Origin: Bacteroidota bacterium
GTDB taxonomy: Bacteria > Bacteroidota > Bacteroidia > Bacteroidales > GCA-2748055
Length of the DNA stretch: 64,000 nt
NCBI GenBank assembly: GCA_024640885.1
Contig: JAHEEC010000009.1
Location: 2,773-66,772, forward strand
Direction: 5' to 3'
The position numbers and the translations under genes are program-made. This document shows, in pieces, positions 1 to 8,865 of this stretch (position 1 is its first letter; each line of letters begins with the position of its first letter). The notes beneath the pieces are model-generated. The model had not been told where the DNA came from. It worked only from the letters and a program-made list of their open reading frames with translations, and did not search any database.

Positions 1-152
1 CGGATTCCCGTATAAATAGGAGTTCTCATCCTTGAACTTGATTTGCTCTTTATACTCTTTGGCGCATTTCTTTTGATACTGAAGTATGGTCATGGCTGTA
101 ATTTGAGTGAATGTCCCTCAACAAATTACAACATTCTTACCAAATATGCATC

Positions 153-1241
153 TCATTGGGGTTTAAAACAGAATGCCCCCGGAGCGATTCCCACCCTGAA
201 CGAATCCACCGGAGATCCATCAGGCCTGTAGCGGATTACCATCCCCCTCTGGACATAGTCAATGGCATCGGCCACATATATTTCCGAGCTCACCGGATCC
301 ACATCGAGGCCGTAATACCCCCCCGAAACCGCTGCTCCATCAGGCGCCGGGATGAAGAGTTCGGGCGCTTCGTTCCCGGAGATTTCCATCCGGTAGACAT
401 GGCTGTTCAGGAAATAGAGGGTGTCGCCTGTCCCATTGATCTTCAGATCCCTGGGTTGCTCCCCGGCCGCAAACCGGAAGACCTGCTCCACATGGCGTGA
501 ACCTGCCCGGATCTTCAGCAACCCGGCCTCCTCCACACCGTAGGGGCTCCCTTCATAACCCCCATCGGTCAGCACCCACAGGCTATTGTCCCTGTCCAGT
601 ACAAGGGAGTTGGGTTGTTTAAGCACCTGGATTGAATCGACCACCTGGTCGGTTTCAGTATTGATCACCAGGATCTTATTATCGAAGCTCCAGCAATTGG
701 TATAGAGATATTTATCAAACATGACCATCTGTTCTGTAGGGTGCTGGTTGAATCCTCCTCCTCCGCTCCTTACCTCTATGGATCCGGTGATCTCGCGGGT
801 CACCGGGTTCACGATGGCGATGGACCGGGCATAGAGATCGGTCACATAAGCTTTGGAGTCGTTGATGAAATGAATGTACCTCGGTGAGGTCAATCCGGTG
901 ATCTTACCTACAAATTCAAAGGTCCGGGTATTGATGATATAGATCTTCCCGCTGTTGTTGATCACGATATAGCCCAGGCTGTCCCTGATGTTCATGGAAA
1001 AGGCCACATCCCCTAGGGGAAGGGCATTTGTATCATAAAAAATATCCTGTAATACCTCTCCTTTCTCGCTGTTGTAATAGGAGAGGGAGGCATTCCCGTA
1101 CATGAAATTCCCTTCACAAACCACGAATACCCCGCCCACGTCTCCATCATTCCCGGGGCGGTTCAATCCCCAGAATTCGTCATCTTCCATGCAGGAGTTG
1201 AGCATGGCAAGAGCCAGCAGCCATATGACCCCGTATTTCAT
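153..1241 (-). CDS. Beta-propeller (YncE/YVTN-like) surface lipoprotein; candidate BtuG-like B12-capture protein
   Basis: The ORF runs 153-1244, but the first ATG is at 1241 (1244 is TTG). It has a signal peptide plus lipobox LALAMLNS|C, followed by acidic MEDDE, which resembles the Bacteroidetes surface-lipoprotein export signal. Repeated blade-like strands (GYIVINNSGKIYIIN, AYVTDLYARSIAIVN, KILVINTETD, LWVLTDGG, IYVADAIDY) match YncE/YVTN propellers. It is the last gene of the riboswitch-controlled operon, about 10 nt after the TonB receptor. Confidence 0.7.
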   Translation of the reverse strand: MKYGVIWLLALAMLNSCMEDDEFWGLNRPGNDGDVGGVFVVCEGNFMYGNASLSYYNSEKGEVLQDIFYDTNALPLGDVAFSMNIRDSLGYIVINNSGKIYIINTRTFEFVGKITGLTSPRYIHFINDSKAYVTDLYARSIAIVNPVTREITGSIEVRSGGGGFNQHPTEQMVMFDKYLYTNCWSFDNKILVINTETDQVVDSIQVLKQPNSLVLDRDNSLWVLTDGGYEGSPYGVEEAGLLKIRAGSRHVEQVFRFAAGEQPRDLKINGTGDTLYFLNSHVYRMEISGNEAPELFIPAPDGAAVSGGYYGLDVDPVSSEIYVADAIDYVQRGMVIRYRPDGSPVDSFRVGIAPGAFCFKPQ

Positions 1242-1251
1242 CAAAGCAGTA

Positions 1252-3249
1252 TCATATCGTCATCATAATCACCAGGTAAAAATTCCTGCCGGGCATGGGC
1301 CTGTAGAGAATGGAGTGATAGGACTCATTGAAAAGATTATTTATTTTCAATTCTGTGCTAAATGCCACTTTTTTAATCCTGAATACCCTCCCCGCTGCCA
1401 CATCATTCATGAAATAGGGATAAAACCTGATCCGTTGAGTCGGGTCATTGCTCGTGGTGGTGTATCTTTCGCTGAAAGCGTTGTACTGGTATGTGACGGA
1501 CCATTTCCCCCAGGAGAGGTGCATCATCAGGTTGCCTGAATGAAGCGGGATGTACACCAGCTGCTTTCCATAGGACTCATCATTCCCGTCCGCCGGATCT
1601 CCGTAATTGACTGACTTTGTATAGCCATATGTCCCTGCAACCCGGTAACCCAGCGGCCCGAGGCGACCCTGCAACCGGGTGTAATACTCCACTCCAGTGG
1701 AGAGTACCCTCCTGATATTCTTCGGTTCCCAGAAACCCATGTAGGACGGGATCCAGAGGATCCAGTTCTGGATCTCCGACCGGTAAGCCGTGACCTCGGT
1801 TATCAACCTCTGGCCGGCAAAGAGCAACTGGTACTCAAGGCCCGCTTCCATGCTCAATCCCTCTTCGGGCAGCAGGGCCGGATTTCCTCCGGGGACCCAG
1901 TAAAGATCGTTGAGGCCGGGTTGGTGGAAATTCCTGCTCACATTGCCTTTCAGGATGAGATCGATCCCCTTCAAAATGCGGTAATCCATGCCCAGATAAG
2001 GGATCAGTGGTGTTCGCCTCCCATCCACCAGGTCCTGGCGAACCATCAGGTTCAGGTTCAGCCGCCCGGCAAATCCTTTGCGAATGGCCATGAAGAGGGA
2101 ACCCTCACTCCGCCTTTGATCATATCCGGCCCCACTGACCGAATCCCGGGATGAAACCTGGTGCAGGTTCATATCCAGAGAAACTTCGATGGCCAGATCC
2201 ATTTCAAAGTCACGGGTGTAGGATAGGGTATTGAAAAGACTCCGCTGCTGACTGACCGATTGAATGGACGGGATGATCCCGAGGCCGGGTACCTGGTTTT
2301 TTTGCACATAATTGAGCTCCTTGCCCGAATAGCCGCTGCGTAAAAGGAGCTTGTCCCTCGAGCCATAATATTTCCAGTCTGCCACCACCCTGTGGTCTGT
2401 ATCCTGCTGGTTATTCAGGTTTGAATAGTCCGCTCCCTCATAACTGGTAGGACGCGGGATGGAGCGGTCTGCGAACTGGCCCCAGTATTTAAGGGAGAGG
2501 ATCTGGTTGGTTCGGGGCCTGTAATAGACCTCCTGCAAAATGCCATACCTGGAAAAAGCTGCGTTTTGATTGGTTTCCCGTGGATGTACAACCTGACCGG
2601 TCAACGGGTCCAGGGTTCCAATCCCCCTGTTTACGAATTGAAAATCATTCCTGGAATAATTATAATAGATCCTGGTACTTGCCTGTATCCTGTCATTACC
2701 CACTTTAAACCGGGCGAACTCATCCAGGGTCCCGTAGCTGCCTATGCCCTGAATGTATTTAAAGGGTGTCTGATTGTCCCAGTTCACAATATTCTGAATT
2801 TGGATGGCTCCTCCGATCCCGCCACTCCGTTCGGCGATGGAAGCCGACCCGTGTTTCAGGCTCAGTTCATCAATGACATAGACGGGGATGAGGGAAAAAT
2901 CGACCATTCCGGCCATGGGCGTATTGATATCAATGCCGTTCCATTTCACCTGGGTATGGGAAGGCGCAGTACCCCGGAAGGATGCCGTGGCCAATGCCCC
3001 CCGGCCGTGGTTCCTGATGAAAACCGGGGTGTTTTCAGACAGCAGGTCCGAAAGTGAAAGTGTCATCTTTTCGCCCAGCACAAGGGTGTCAAGCACAGAC
3101 TCCTTCATTCCTGCCTTCTCCTTCTCAAAAATCCTTTCCGCATTTACCTCCACGCCCCTGATGTGGAATATGGAGTCACGCATGCCCTGGGCCAGGATCC
3201 CGGGTGAGATCATGCATAAAGTGGCCATTATGGTCCATCTCCTTTTCAT
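1252..3249 (-). CDS. btuB: TonB-dependent outer-membrane receptor, BtuB-like (cobalamin)
   Basis: 665 aa with signal peptide MKRRWTIMATLCMISPGILAQ. Plug-domain motifs are present (LSDLLSENTPVFIRNHGRGALATASFRGTAPSHTQVKWNGIDINTP), followed by a long Tyr/Gly/Asn-rich beta-barrel region. The size is BtuB-like rather than SusC-like, and it sits in an operon behind a cobalamin riboswitch. Confidence 0.8.
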   Translation of the reverse strand: MKRRWTIMATLCMISPGILAQGMRDSIFHIRGVEVNAERIFEKEKAGMKESVLDTLVLGEKMTLSLSDLLSENTPVFIRNHGRGALATASFRGTAPSHTQVKWNGIDINTPMAGMVDFSLIPVYVIDELSLKHGSASIAERSGGIGGAIQIQNIVNWDNQTPFKYIQGIGSYGTLDEFARFKVGNDRIQASTRIYYNYSRNDFQFVNRGIGTLDPLTGQVVHPRETNQNAAFSRYGILQEVYYRPRTNQILSLKYWGQFADRSIPRPTSYEGADYSNLNNQQDTDHRVVADWKYYGSRDKLLLRSGYSGKELNYVQKNQVPGLGIIPSIQSVSQQRSLFNTLSYTRDFEMDLAIEVSLDMNLHQVSSRDSVSGAGYDQRRSEGSLFMAIRKGFAGRLNLNLMVRQDLVDGRRTPLIPYLGMDYRILKGIDLILKGNVSRNFHQPGLNDLYWVPGGNPALLPEEGLSMEAGLEYQLLFAGQRLITEVTAYRSEIQNWILWIPSYMGFWEPKNIRRVLSTGVEYYTRLQGRLGPLGYRVAGTYGYTKSVNYGDPADGNDESYGKQLVYIPLHSGNLMMHLSWGKWSVTYQYNAFSERYTTTSNDPTQRIRFYPYFMNDVAAGRVFRIKKVAFSTELKINNLFNESYHSILYRPMPGRNFYLVIMMTI

Positions 3250-3250
3250 C

Positions 3251-4675
3251 TTACTCTTTCAGGAGCTTAACCCGGTCCAGCCTGTGGCCCCGGTCAACGG
3301 TGACCAGGTACCATCCTTTCGGCAACCCTTTAAGATCAATGGGGCTCTCCCCGTCATAGGCGGCAAGGTGCAGCATGCACCTGCCGGCAGCATCATAGAA
3401 GGAAACGGCTGCCCTGCGCACGCCGGCAATCTTTGTATAACTATGCGCCGGGTTGGGGAAGGGCAATACATCCCCGGCGTTCTCTTCAATGGCCCCCGCC
3501 CAGGTTCCATCCATCCTGACCCGGGTGGTGACTGTGCAACGTATTTCGGGGCGGCCTGCCAGTGCAGCGGTCAGCACCAGCTCTCCGGGTAACTGCACCG
3601 TGAGCAATCCTGATCCGTCCACCGAGGTCCCGTCCATCTGGCTGCTCCAGTCAATTGCCGCACCGGGCTGAAGCCGGCCACGGTTATAAACGAATGCCTC
3701 AAGCTGGAATGCAGGACCCTCGATTTCAGGGGGAAGATCCCTGATGACGATCACCTCCTCTTCACCGGTAACGGATCCATCTTCAGCTACATCCACAGCG
3801 CCTGTGATTTCTGTGGAGAGCTCCCCCACCCAACCCCCGGAGGAGTGCACTGCATTCTGAACCTTCACGAAATGAATGCGATCGAGGGTCACATAATTCC
3901 CATGGCTGTCCACGGCCCAGTCAATATCCATGGCATCCCCCCCCGAATTCTCCAGCTCCACCGTATACGGATTATCGGGCAGGGTATAGGGTGCCGAACC
4001 ACGCACCTGGTTGTCCGCATACCCGAAGCTCCTTCTCCTTGAGGTGATTCCCGGGACATCTCCAATACCCACCACCGCTTCAATGGAACTTCCCCCAAGC
4101 GTGTACTCCACCCGGGGAATAGAGGGGAACGAATCAATATGAGGATAATAGGTCTGAAGATGAACATTGTTGGCGGGGAGAATGCCGCTTTGACCCTCAT
4201 TGTCACTCCAGGGGACATCCCGGGCCACGCTATCTCCAGGGTTGGTATAGGTTACCTGGTAATTTCTTGAGGAGGAGGAAAAATGATAATCACTTCCGGC
4301 CAGTTCATACCAGGTATCATCCGGGGATCCATTTCCGTTCTCATCCTTCATGACCCATACCACCCCGGGCTCTGACCAGTGTTCCAGGGGATTCCCGAAA
4401 ATGGTAAAGTCCACACCGAAAGGATTGTCGGGATGATTCTCCACCGGCTGCCCGAACCGGAAGACCACATACCCGCCATAGGACCCCAGGCAAAGGGTTC
4501 CGTCCGCTTTTCCCACAATTGAAGCAGCCGAAGACGGGGTCCCCCATGGTCCGCTGTTGATAAATTGACCCGGCGCTGGCACGTATTCAAGCACCCCGGA
4601 GATAAACTGGGACTTGACCATGGAAAAGTTTATGGCCAGCAGGAGCAGGGTAGCACTATACCGAAGCCTGTTCAC
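3251..4675 (-). CDS. T9SS-sorted cell-surface protein of unknown function (B12 locus accessory)
   Basis: 474 aa. The GTG start at 4675 gives Sec signal MNRLRYSATLLLLAINFSMVKS|Q. The last ~75 aa (PFPNPAHSYTKIAG...LPKGWYLVTVDRGHRLDRVKLLKE) fit the type-A T9SS C-terminal sorting domain. It is packed 1 nt from both neighbours. I recognise no catalytic motif. Confidence 0.65.
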   Translation of the reverse strand: MNRLRYSATLLLLAINFSMVKSQFISGVLEYVPAPGQFINSGPWGTPSSAASIVGKADGTLCLGSYGGYVVFRFGQPVENHPDNPFGVDFTIFGNPLEHWSEPGVVWVMKDENGNGSPDDTWYELAGSDYHFSSSSRNYQVTYTNPGDSVARDVPWSDNEGQSGILPANNVHLQTYYPHIDSFPSIPRVEYTLGGSSIEAVVGIGDVPGITSRRRSFGYADNQVRGSAPYTLPDNPYTVELENSGGDAMDIDWAVDSHGNYVTLDRIHFVKVQNAVHSSGGWVGELSTEITGAVDVAEDGSVTGEEEVIVIRDLPPEIEGPAFQLEAFVYNRGRLQPGAAIDWSSQMDGTSVDGSGLLTVQLPGELVLTAALAGRPEIRCTVTTRVRMDGTWAGAIEENAGDVLPFPNPAHSYTKIAGVRRAAVSFYDAAGRCMLHLAAYDGESPIDLKGLPKGWYLVTVDRGHRLDRVKLLKE

Positions 4676-4676
4676 G

Positions 4677-5972
4677 CTAATGGATTTGTATCATTTCGCT
4701 CATTACTCCCCGGTCCCCTCTCGCCCTGAGAAGGTAGCTCCCGGCTGGAAGTCCCGCCAGATCGATCACTTCACCGGGTACCAGGTGCCTGTTTTCAAAG
4801 ATGAGTGCCCCCGACATGTTATAGATCGTCACATCCAGGGTTTCTGCCCTGTTCCCTCCGATCTTGAACCGGCCACTGCCGGGATTGGGATAGACCAGCA
4901 GGGATCCCTCCCTTTCACCTTTCGGGAAGGGACTACCGGAAGAGACCGCACCTGGCTCCACGAAGAAGTTATCCGCACAAAAGAACGCGGGAGTATTCAT
5001 TCCCCAGTCACCCATATCCGACGAGGCCAGGTCAAAAACCAGGCTATCCACCTCGCCCAGCGCAGTGAGATCCACCCACTGCCAGGTCTTCACTATGTAA
5101 TCCCTGGTATCATCTTCAAACCTGAAGTCGGCCAGGTAGAATTCAACCGGATCCCCGGGCAGGCCATCCGCATATCCCCATATAATTACCTTGAAATAAT
5201 CGGGATCGCTTTCATCGCTTCCCCCGAATTTCTTGCTGTAATCATCTCCGTTTTCCATGGAGAGTGCAGCATATGTGCTGTTTGTAATAAAAAAGCCCTC
5301 CACCCCATGCGCCATGCCATCAGAAAAACTCAGCACGGGTGGTCCGAACAGATATGCCACGCCATATTTATTTCCTGTGTGGGTCGGGCCGGAAAATCCA
5401 GCCCCGGTGATGGCACTGTACTGGTTTACGAATCCCGGAGTGGTGTGATCCGAGATATTGGAATAGGCCCATCCGTGCCACGAAAACCAGTCTGTATCAT
5501 AGACGTTGTGAAAATTTACACCGCCCGACTTAAAGAAGCCTGACGCATCGGATCCGTTCCAAAAAGTCTCAGGGTCCAGGGAGAGGTCCTCAAAATCGGA
5601 CACCACAAAATCACCGGTGATTTCGGGTTGAACCCCCACAAGGGTTTTTACGACGAGTTCATTTCCCGCATGGCTTGCTTTCAGGTAGATATTGGTCTGA
5701 CCGGGGGCCAGGAAATCGACCACCATCTCCTGTCCGTTGATCATCACCTTTGCAACCGATGGGTCTGTGTTTTCCACGATCTCAAAGGCCAATGCATCGG
5801 GATCATCCGGACCGGTGAAATGGTTGCCCAGGTCCACAATTGCATCTTCTGCTGTTTCCAGACCGCTGAATACCGGCAATGGAGAGGTCACCACCGGCAA
5901 TGAATCATTCTGTGCGGAACCTGCAATTACCAGCAGGAACGAACCTGTCATGCTAAGGAATAACTTTCTCAA
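4677..5972 (-). CDS. DUF4465-like protein with T9SS C-terminal domain (BtuH-like candidate B12 binder)
   Basis: 431 aa. The TTG start at 5972 gives signal MRKLFLSMTGSFLLVIAGSAQ. The core FEDLSLDPETFWNGSD...FHNVYDTDWFSWHGWAYSN...NQYSAITGAG...KYGVAY...FFITNSTYAALSMENGD..SKKFGG...DYFKVIIWG matches my memory of DUF4465. The C-terminal LLVYPNPGSGRFKI...LPAGSYLLRARG...IQIH is a T9SS CTD. It is the first gene after the riboswitch. Confidence 0.7.
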   Translation of the reverse strand: MRKLFLSMTGSFLLVIAGSAQNDSLPVVTSPLPVFSGLETAEDAIVDLGNHFTGPDDPDALAFEIVENTDPSVAKVMINGQEMVVDFLAPGQTNIYLKASHAGNELVVKTLVGVQPEITGDFVVSDFEDLSLDPETFWNGSDASGFFKSGGVNFHNVYDTDWFSWHGWAYSNISDHTTPGFVNQYSAITGAGFSGPTHTGNKYGVAYLFGPPVLSFSDGMAHGVEGFFITNSTYAALSMENGDDYSKKFGGSDESDPDYFKVIIWGYADGLPGDPVEFYLADFRFEDDTRDYIVKTWQWVDLTALGEVDSLVFDLASSDMGDWGMNTPAFFCADNFFVEPGAVSSGSPFPKGEREGSLLVYPNPGSGRFKIGGNRAETLDVTIYNMSGALIFENRHLVPGEVIDLAGLPAGSYLLRARGDRGVMSEMIQIH

Positions 5973-6079
5973 AAGGGCTGCAATTTTTAATATCCATTAA
6001 AATTTACAGCGGGCGATGGTGAGGCAGGACCAATGACATGATTTGATCAGCTTCCCGTTCACCGCGGGCTGCGAAACTC

Positions 6080-6268
6080 AGGGTATCACTGGCAGGTCTT
6101 CTGACTTGTCCGGGCTCCTGAACCTTCCCATTCCTGAACGCTTTTTGCGCAATCAGAACAGTGGTTGACATCAGAAGCCGTGCGGCCACGGGATTGGCCT
6201 GGATTCACAGCAGCGGGAACTGTTACCGATTCTAACGGTATTCCCTATTAATTCCCCCGATTTATCGG
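6080..6268 (-). promoter_or_regulatory. Cobalamin (B12) riboswitch
   Basis: The minus-strand RNA contains the conserved core AGGGAAUACCGUUAGAAUCGGUAACAGUUCCCGCUGCUGUGAAUCC. It also has CCACUG...GGGAAGG and the B12 box AGUCAGAAGACCUGCC (plus-strand 6091-6106). It lies directly upstream of the DUF4465/TonB-receptor operon. The exact ends and the P1 helix are not resolved by eye. Confidence 0.85.
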
Positions 6269-6307
6269 GATCTGGAAACCAATGATGGAATAAAAGTAAG
6301 GAAAATT

Positions 6308-6640
6308 TTAACACCCCGGACCCTTGCAGCACTCAAGGTTTTCCATGAATTGTCTGAACAGCCGGTCAAGTTCTTCAATCTTCTCTGTATTCAGGCAGTA
6401 ATTCACTTTCACACCGCTGATCTCACCCTTGATCAACCCGATGCCCCGAAGTTCGGCCAGGTGCTGATTGACGGTGGTCCGGCTCAGGGGCAGTTCGTCA
6501 GAAAGATCCCCGGTCATGCATATCTTGGACTGGGCCAGGTAATTGAGGATGGCCAGCCGGGCAGGATGGGCCAGGGCTTTAAAAAATGCGGACGCTTCCT
6601 GCAGCTCCCTGTCAAATAATTCTGTTTTGGCCATGGGCAT
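6308..6640 (-). CDS. ArsR/SmtB-family metalloregulator-type transcriptional repressor
   Basis: 110 aa with a winged-HTH core ALAHPARLAILNYLAQSKICMTGDLSDELPLSRTTVNQHLAELRGIGLIKGE typical of ArsR/SmtB. The C-terminus ends in a Cys cluster, LECCKGPGC. Confidence 0.85.
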   Translation of the reverse strand: MPMAKTELFDRELQEASAFFKALAHPARLAILNYLAQSKICMTGDLSDELPLSRTTVNQHLAELRGIGLIKGEISGVKVNYCLNTEKIEELDRLFRQFMENLECCKGPGC

Positions 6641-6730
6641 AAGGTTAAATTTATGACGTAAATATACGACATATATATAATCCGGGGCAACACAAGTAAG
6701 AATTTACCGGATCACAGGTTTATAAGGTGT

Positions 6731-7804
6731 TCAATTGGCTGAAACCCAGGTAACGTATAATTTGTATCCCAGCGACAACAGGATGGCCCCGAGGAAAAGC
6801 CCGATAAAACCGAAGGCCATGAAACCTCCGATGGCCCCCAGGAAGATGACCAGCATGGGGACCTTTGCTCCTTTTCCCATAATCATCGGTTTCAGGTAAT
6901 TATCCGACAGTCCCGAGATCAGAAAAAAGAGAGACCATAGGACTGCCGGCACAGGATCCCTGAAAGCAAAGAGGTAAATGATCAGGGGTACATTGAAAAG
7001 CAACACCGGCAGCTGTGCAATGGTCATGATCAGGATCACGATGATCCAGACTGCGGCCAGGGGAATCCCGGCAATGATCAATCCCAATCCCATCAATGTC
7101 GTCTGTATAACCGCCACTCCCAGCACACCGGCAGCCACGCTGCGAATGGTCAGCAAAGAGATGTTTAAAAACTCTTCACCCCTTTCGCCGGCCAGCCTGT
7201 TGAAGATCCTTTTGCCCGATTCGGAACCCTTTTCAAAGAAAATGAGGAAAATACCCGCCATAATGATGGAGACAGCAAACTGGAGTACACCGATCCCGGT
7301 ATTTGCCAATGCGCCAAGCATCTTCTCCCCCCAGCTCACTATTTGTGGCATAAACCCCTTTATGGATTCCCCGAAATTTTGTGCCAGGTGAAACCACCGA
7401 TCATAAAGCCATTCCCCGATCAGCGGCCAGTCACTCACCGCTTCAGAAGGTTCAGGGATCATGATGTTACCTTCCCTGATGCCATCTGCCAGGAACCTGA
7501 CCCCCACCACCAGCTGATTCACCAGCCAGATGCTGGGAAGGACCAGCAGGGAGAGTGCCACAATCATGATCACCAGGGATGAAATTTTGTACCGATTCCC
7601 GAACCACCGGTTCATCCTCTGGAAAACGGGGAACAGGATAATGGAAATGATCACTCCCCACAACAGGATGCTGAGGAAGGGCCTGACGATCTTGAAACAG
7701 AGAAAAATAATCAGGAAGAGGACCCCTACCTTCAGAATGGTATCGATGGTGGTATTGACAATAAAGCCCTGTTTCCTGTCGGACTGATCTGGTTTATTTG
7801 CCAT
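6731..7804 (-). CDS. AI-2E family (PerM/UPF0118) transporter
   Basis: 357 aa with about 8 hydrophobic segments. The conserved C-terminal region LAAVWIIVILIMTIAQLP...GLSDNYLKPMIMGKGAKVPMLVIFLGAIGG is typical of the AI-2E family. Confidence 0.85.
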   Translation of the reverse strand: MANKPDQSDRKQGFIVNTTIDTILKVGVLFLIIFLCFKIVRPFLSILLWGVIISIILFPVFQRMNRWFGNRYKISSLVIMIVALSLLVLPSIWLVNQLVVGVRFLADGIREGNIMIPEPSEAVSDWPLIGEWLYDRWFHLAQNFGESIKGFMPQIVSWGEKMLGALANTGIGVLQFAVSIIMAGIFLIFFEKGSESGKRIFNRLAGERGEEFLNISLLTIRSVAAGVLGVAVIQTTLMGLGLIIAGIPLAAVWIIVILIMTIAQLPVLLFNVPLIIYLFAFRDPVPAVLWSLFFLISGLSDNYLKPMIMGKGAKVPMLVIFLGAIGGFMAFGFIGLFLGAILLSLGYKLYVTWVSAN

Positions 7805-7857
7805 GGTATGAATGATATATATTTAACGAAGATAGATAAACTGTATTGATGCCCTCT

Positions 7858-7865
7858 TATATTTG
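7858..7865 (+). promoter_or_regulatory. Candidate Bacteroidetes -7 promoter box (TAnnTTTG)
   Basis: TATATTTG lies 28 nt upstream of the ATG at 7893, in the divergent intergenic region. With only six fixed bases, chance matches are expected. Confidence 0.25.
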
Positions 7866-7892
7866 TAATGATAAACAACGAAATACAGAAAA

Positions 7893-8807
7893 ATGATCAC
7901 CAGAAGGAAAGCCTTATCAGCCATGGCCCTGGGATCCGCAGGCCTTGTGCTTCCCCGGCCGGTCATCCCGCAGCGTGCCCCCGGTCCGGATCGATTTCGT
8001 TATTGCCTGAACACCAGCACGATCAGGGGACAGGATCCCGGCCTTCCCGGAACCATTGAAATTGCTTCCAGGGCAGGATTTGAGGGTATCGAAGTCTGGA
8101 TCAATGATCTGCAAAAGTACCTGGAATCGGGTCTCTCGGCTCAATCCCTGAAAAGAATCCTGGATGATCATGGCATCCGGGTGGAGAGTGCCATCGGGTT
8201 TGCCCCCTGGCTCGCTGACAGAGGTGATGGATTCCTGCAGATGGAGCGGGAGATGGAAATGCTTTCACAAATTGGCTGCACCAGGATTGCCGCACCGCCG
8301 GCCGGGCTGGACGGGGAAGAATCCCTGGATCTCTTCAAGGCGGGTGAGAAATATGCAAAACTCCTGGAGCTGGGAAGAAAAACGGGGGTGATGCCACAGC
8401 TGGAATTCTGGGGTACCTCCCCCCACCTTTGGCACCTGGGACAGGCCCTGATGGTTGCTGCGGTGGCAGATGACCCTGACGGGAGGATCCTCCCGGACGT
8501 CTACCATATGTTCAGGGGCGGATCCGGGTTCCACGCCCTTGGTCTGCTGGATGGAAAGCTCATCGAAGTGTTCCATATGAACGACTACCCCGGGGACAAG
8601 CCCAGGGAGACACAGGGTGATGCGGACCGTGTCTATCCCGGTGACGGGGTTGCTCCCCTCCGGCAGATCCTGACCAGCCTCAGGGAAATGGGAGGGGAAA
8701 AGGTGCTTTCACTTGAACTGTTCAATGTTAAATTGTGGAATGATGATCCCCTCGAGGTCGCAAAAACCGGGCTCATGAAAATGAAGAAAGCTGCGGCCGG
8801 CATATGA
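7893..8807 (+). CDS. Sugar phosphate isomerase/epimerase (xylose-isomerase-like TIM barrel) with Tat-type signal
   Basis: 304 aa. The N-terminus MITRRKALSAMALGSAGLVLP is twin-arginine-like. The body (GFEGIEVW, RIAAPPAG, QLEFWG, EVFHMNDYP, LSLELFN) fits the AP-endonuclease-2/xylose-isomerase-like TIM barrel family. Confidence 0.75.
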   Translation: MITRRKALSAMALGSAGLVLPRPVIPQRAPGPDRFRYCLNTSTIRGQDPGLPGTIEIASRAGFEGIEVWINDLQKYLESGLSAQSLKRILDDHGIRVESAIGFAPWLADRGDGFLQMEREMEMLSQIGCTRIAAPPAGLDGEESLDLFKAGEKYAKLLELGRKTGVMPQLEFWGTSPHLWHLGQALMVAAVADDPDGRILPDVYHMFRGGSGFHALGLLDGKLIEVFHMNDYPGDKPRETQGDADRVYPGDGVAPLRQILTSLREMGGEKVLSLELFNVKLWNDDPLEVAKTGLMKMKKAAAGI

Positions 8808-8836
8808 GGGACTGTTCACAGAACGGGATTTTTCTC

Positions 8837-8844
8837 TATTTTTG
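8837..8844 (+). promoter_or_regulatory. Candidate -7 promoter box (TAnnTTTG) inside a 7-bp inverted repeat
   Basis: TATTTTTG ends 22 nt upstream of the ATG at 8866. It is embedded in CTATTTT-TGT-AAAATAG (8836-8852). Confidence 0.3.
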
Positions 8845-8865
8845 TAAAATAGAGCCTTTGGGTCA

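Noticed and set aside
1-93. A possible 5' end of a minus-strand gene. The ATG at 91-93 gives MTILQYQKKCAKEYKEQIKFKDENSYLYGNP... running off the left edge.
   Set aside because: Only 31 codons are visible, with no recognisable motif. It cannot be distinguished from a chance open frame.
4614-5543. A 309-aa plus-strand ORF antisense to the DUF4465 gene.
   Set aside because: It is a shadow ORF opposite a well-supported CDS. It is Arg/Pro/Gly/His-rich with no motifs. The same applies to 2566-3057 and 2888-3592 opposite the TonB receptor.
6004-6189. A 61-aa minus-strand ORF between the DUF4465 gene and the ArsR gene.
   Set aside because: It lies entirely within the cobalamin riboswitch and expression platform. 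Its Arg/Ala-rich composition shows no protein-like features.
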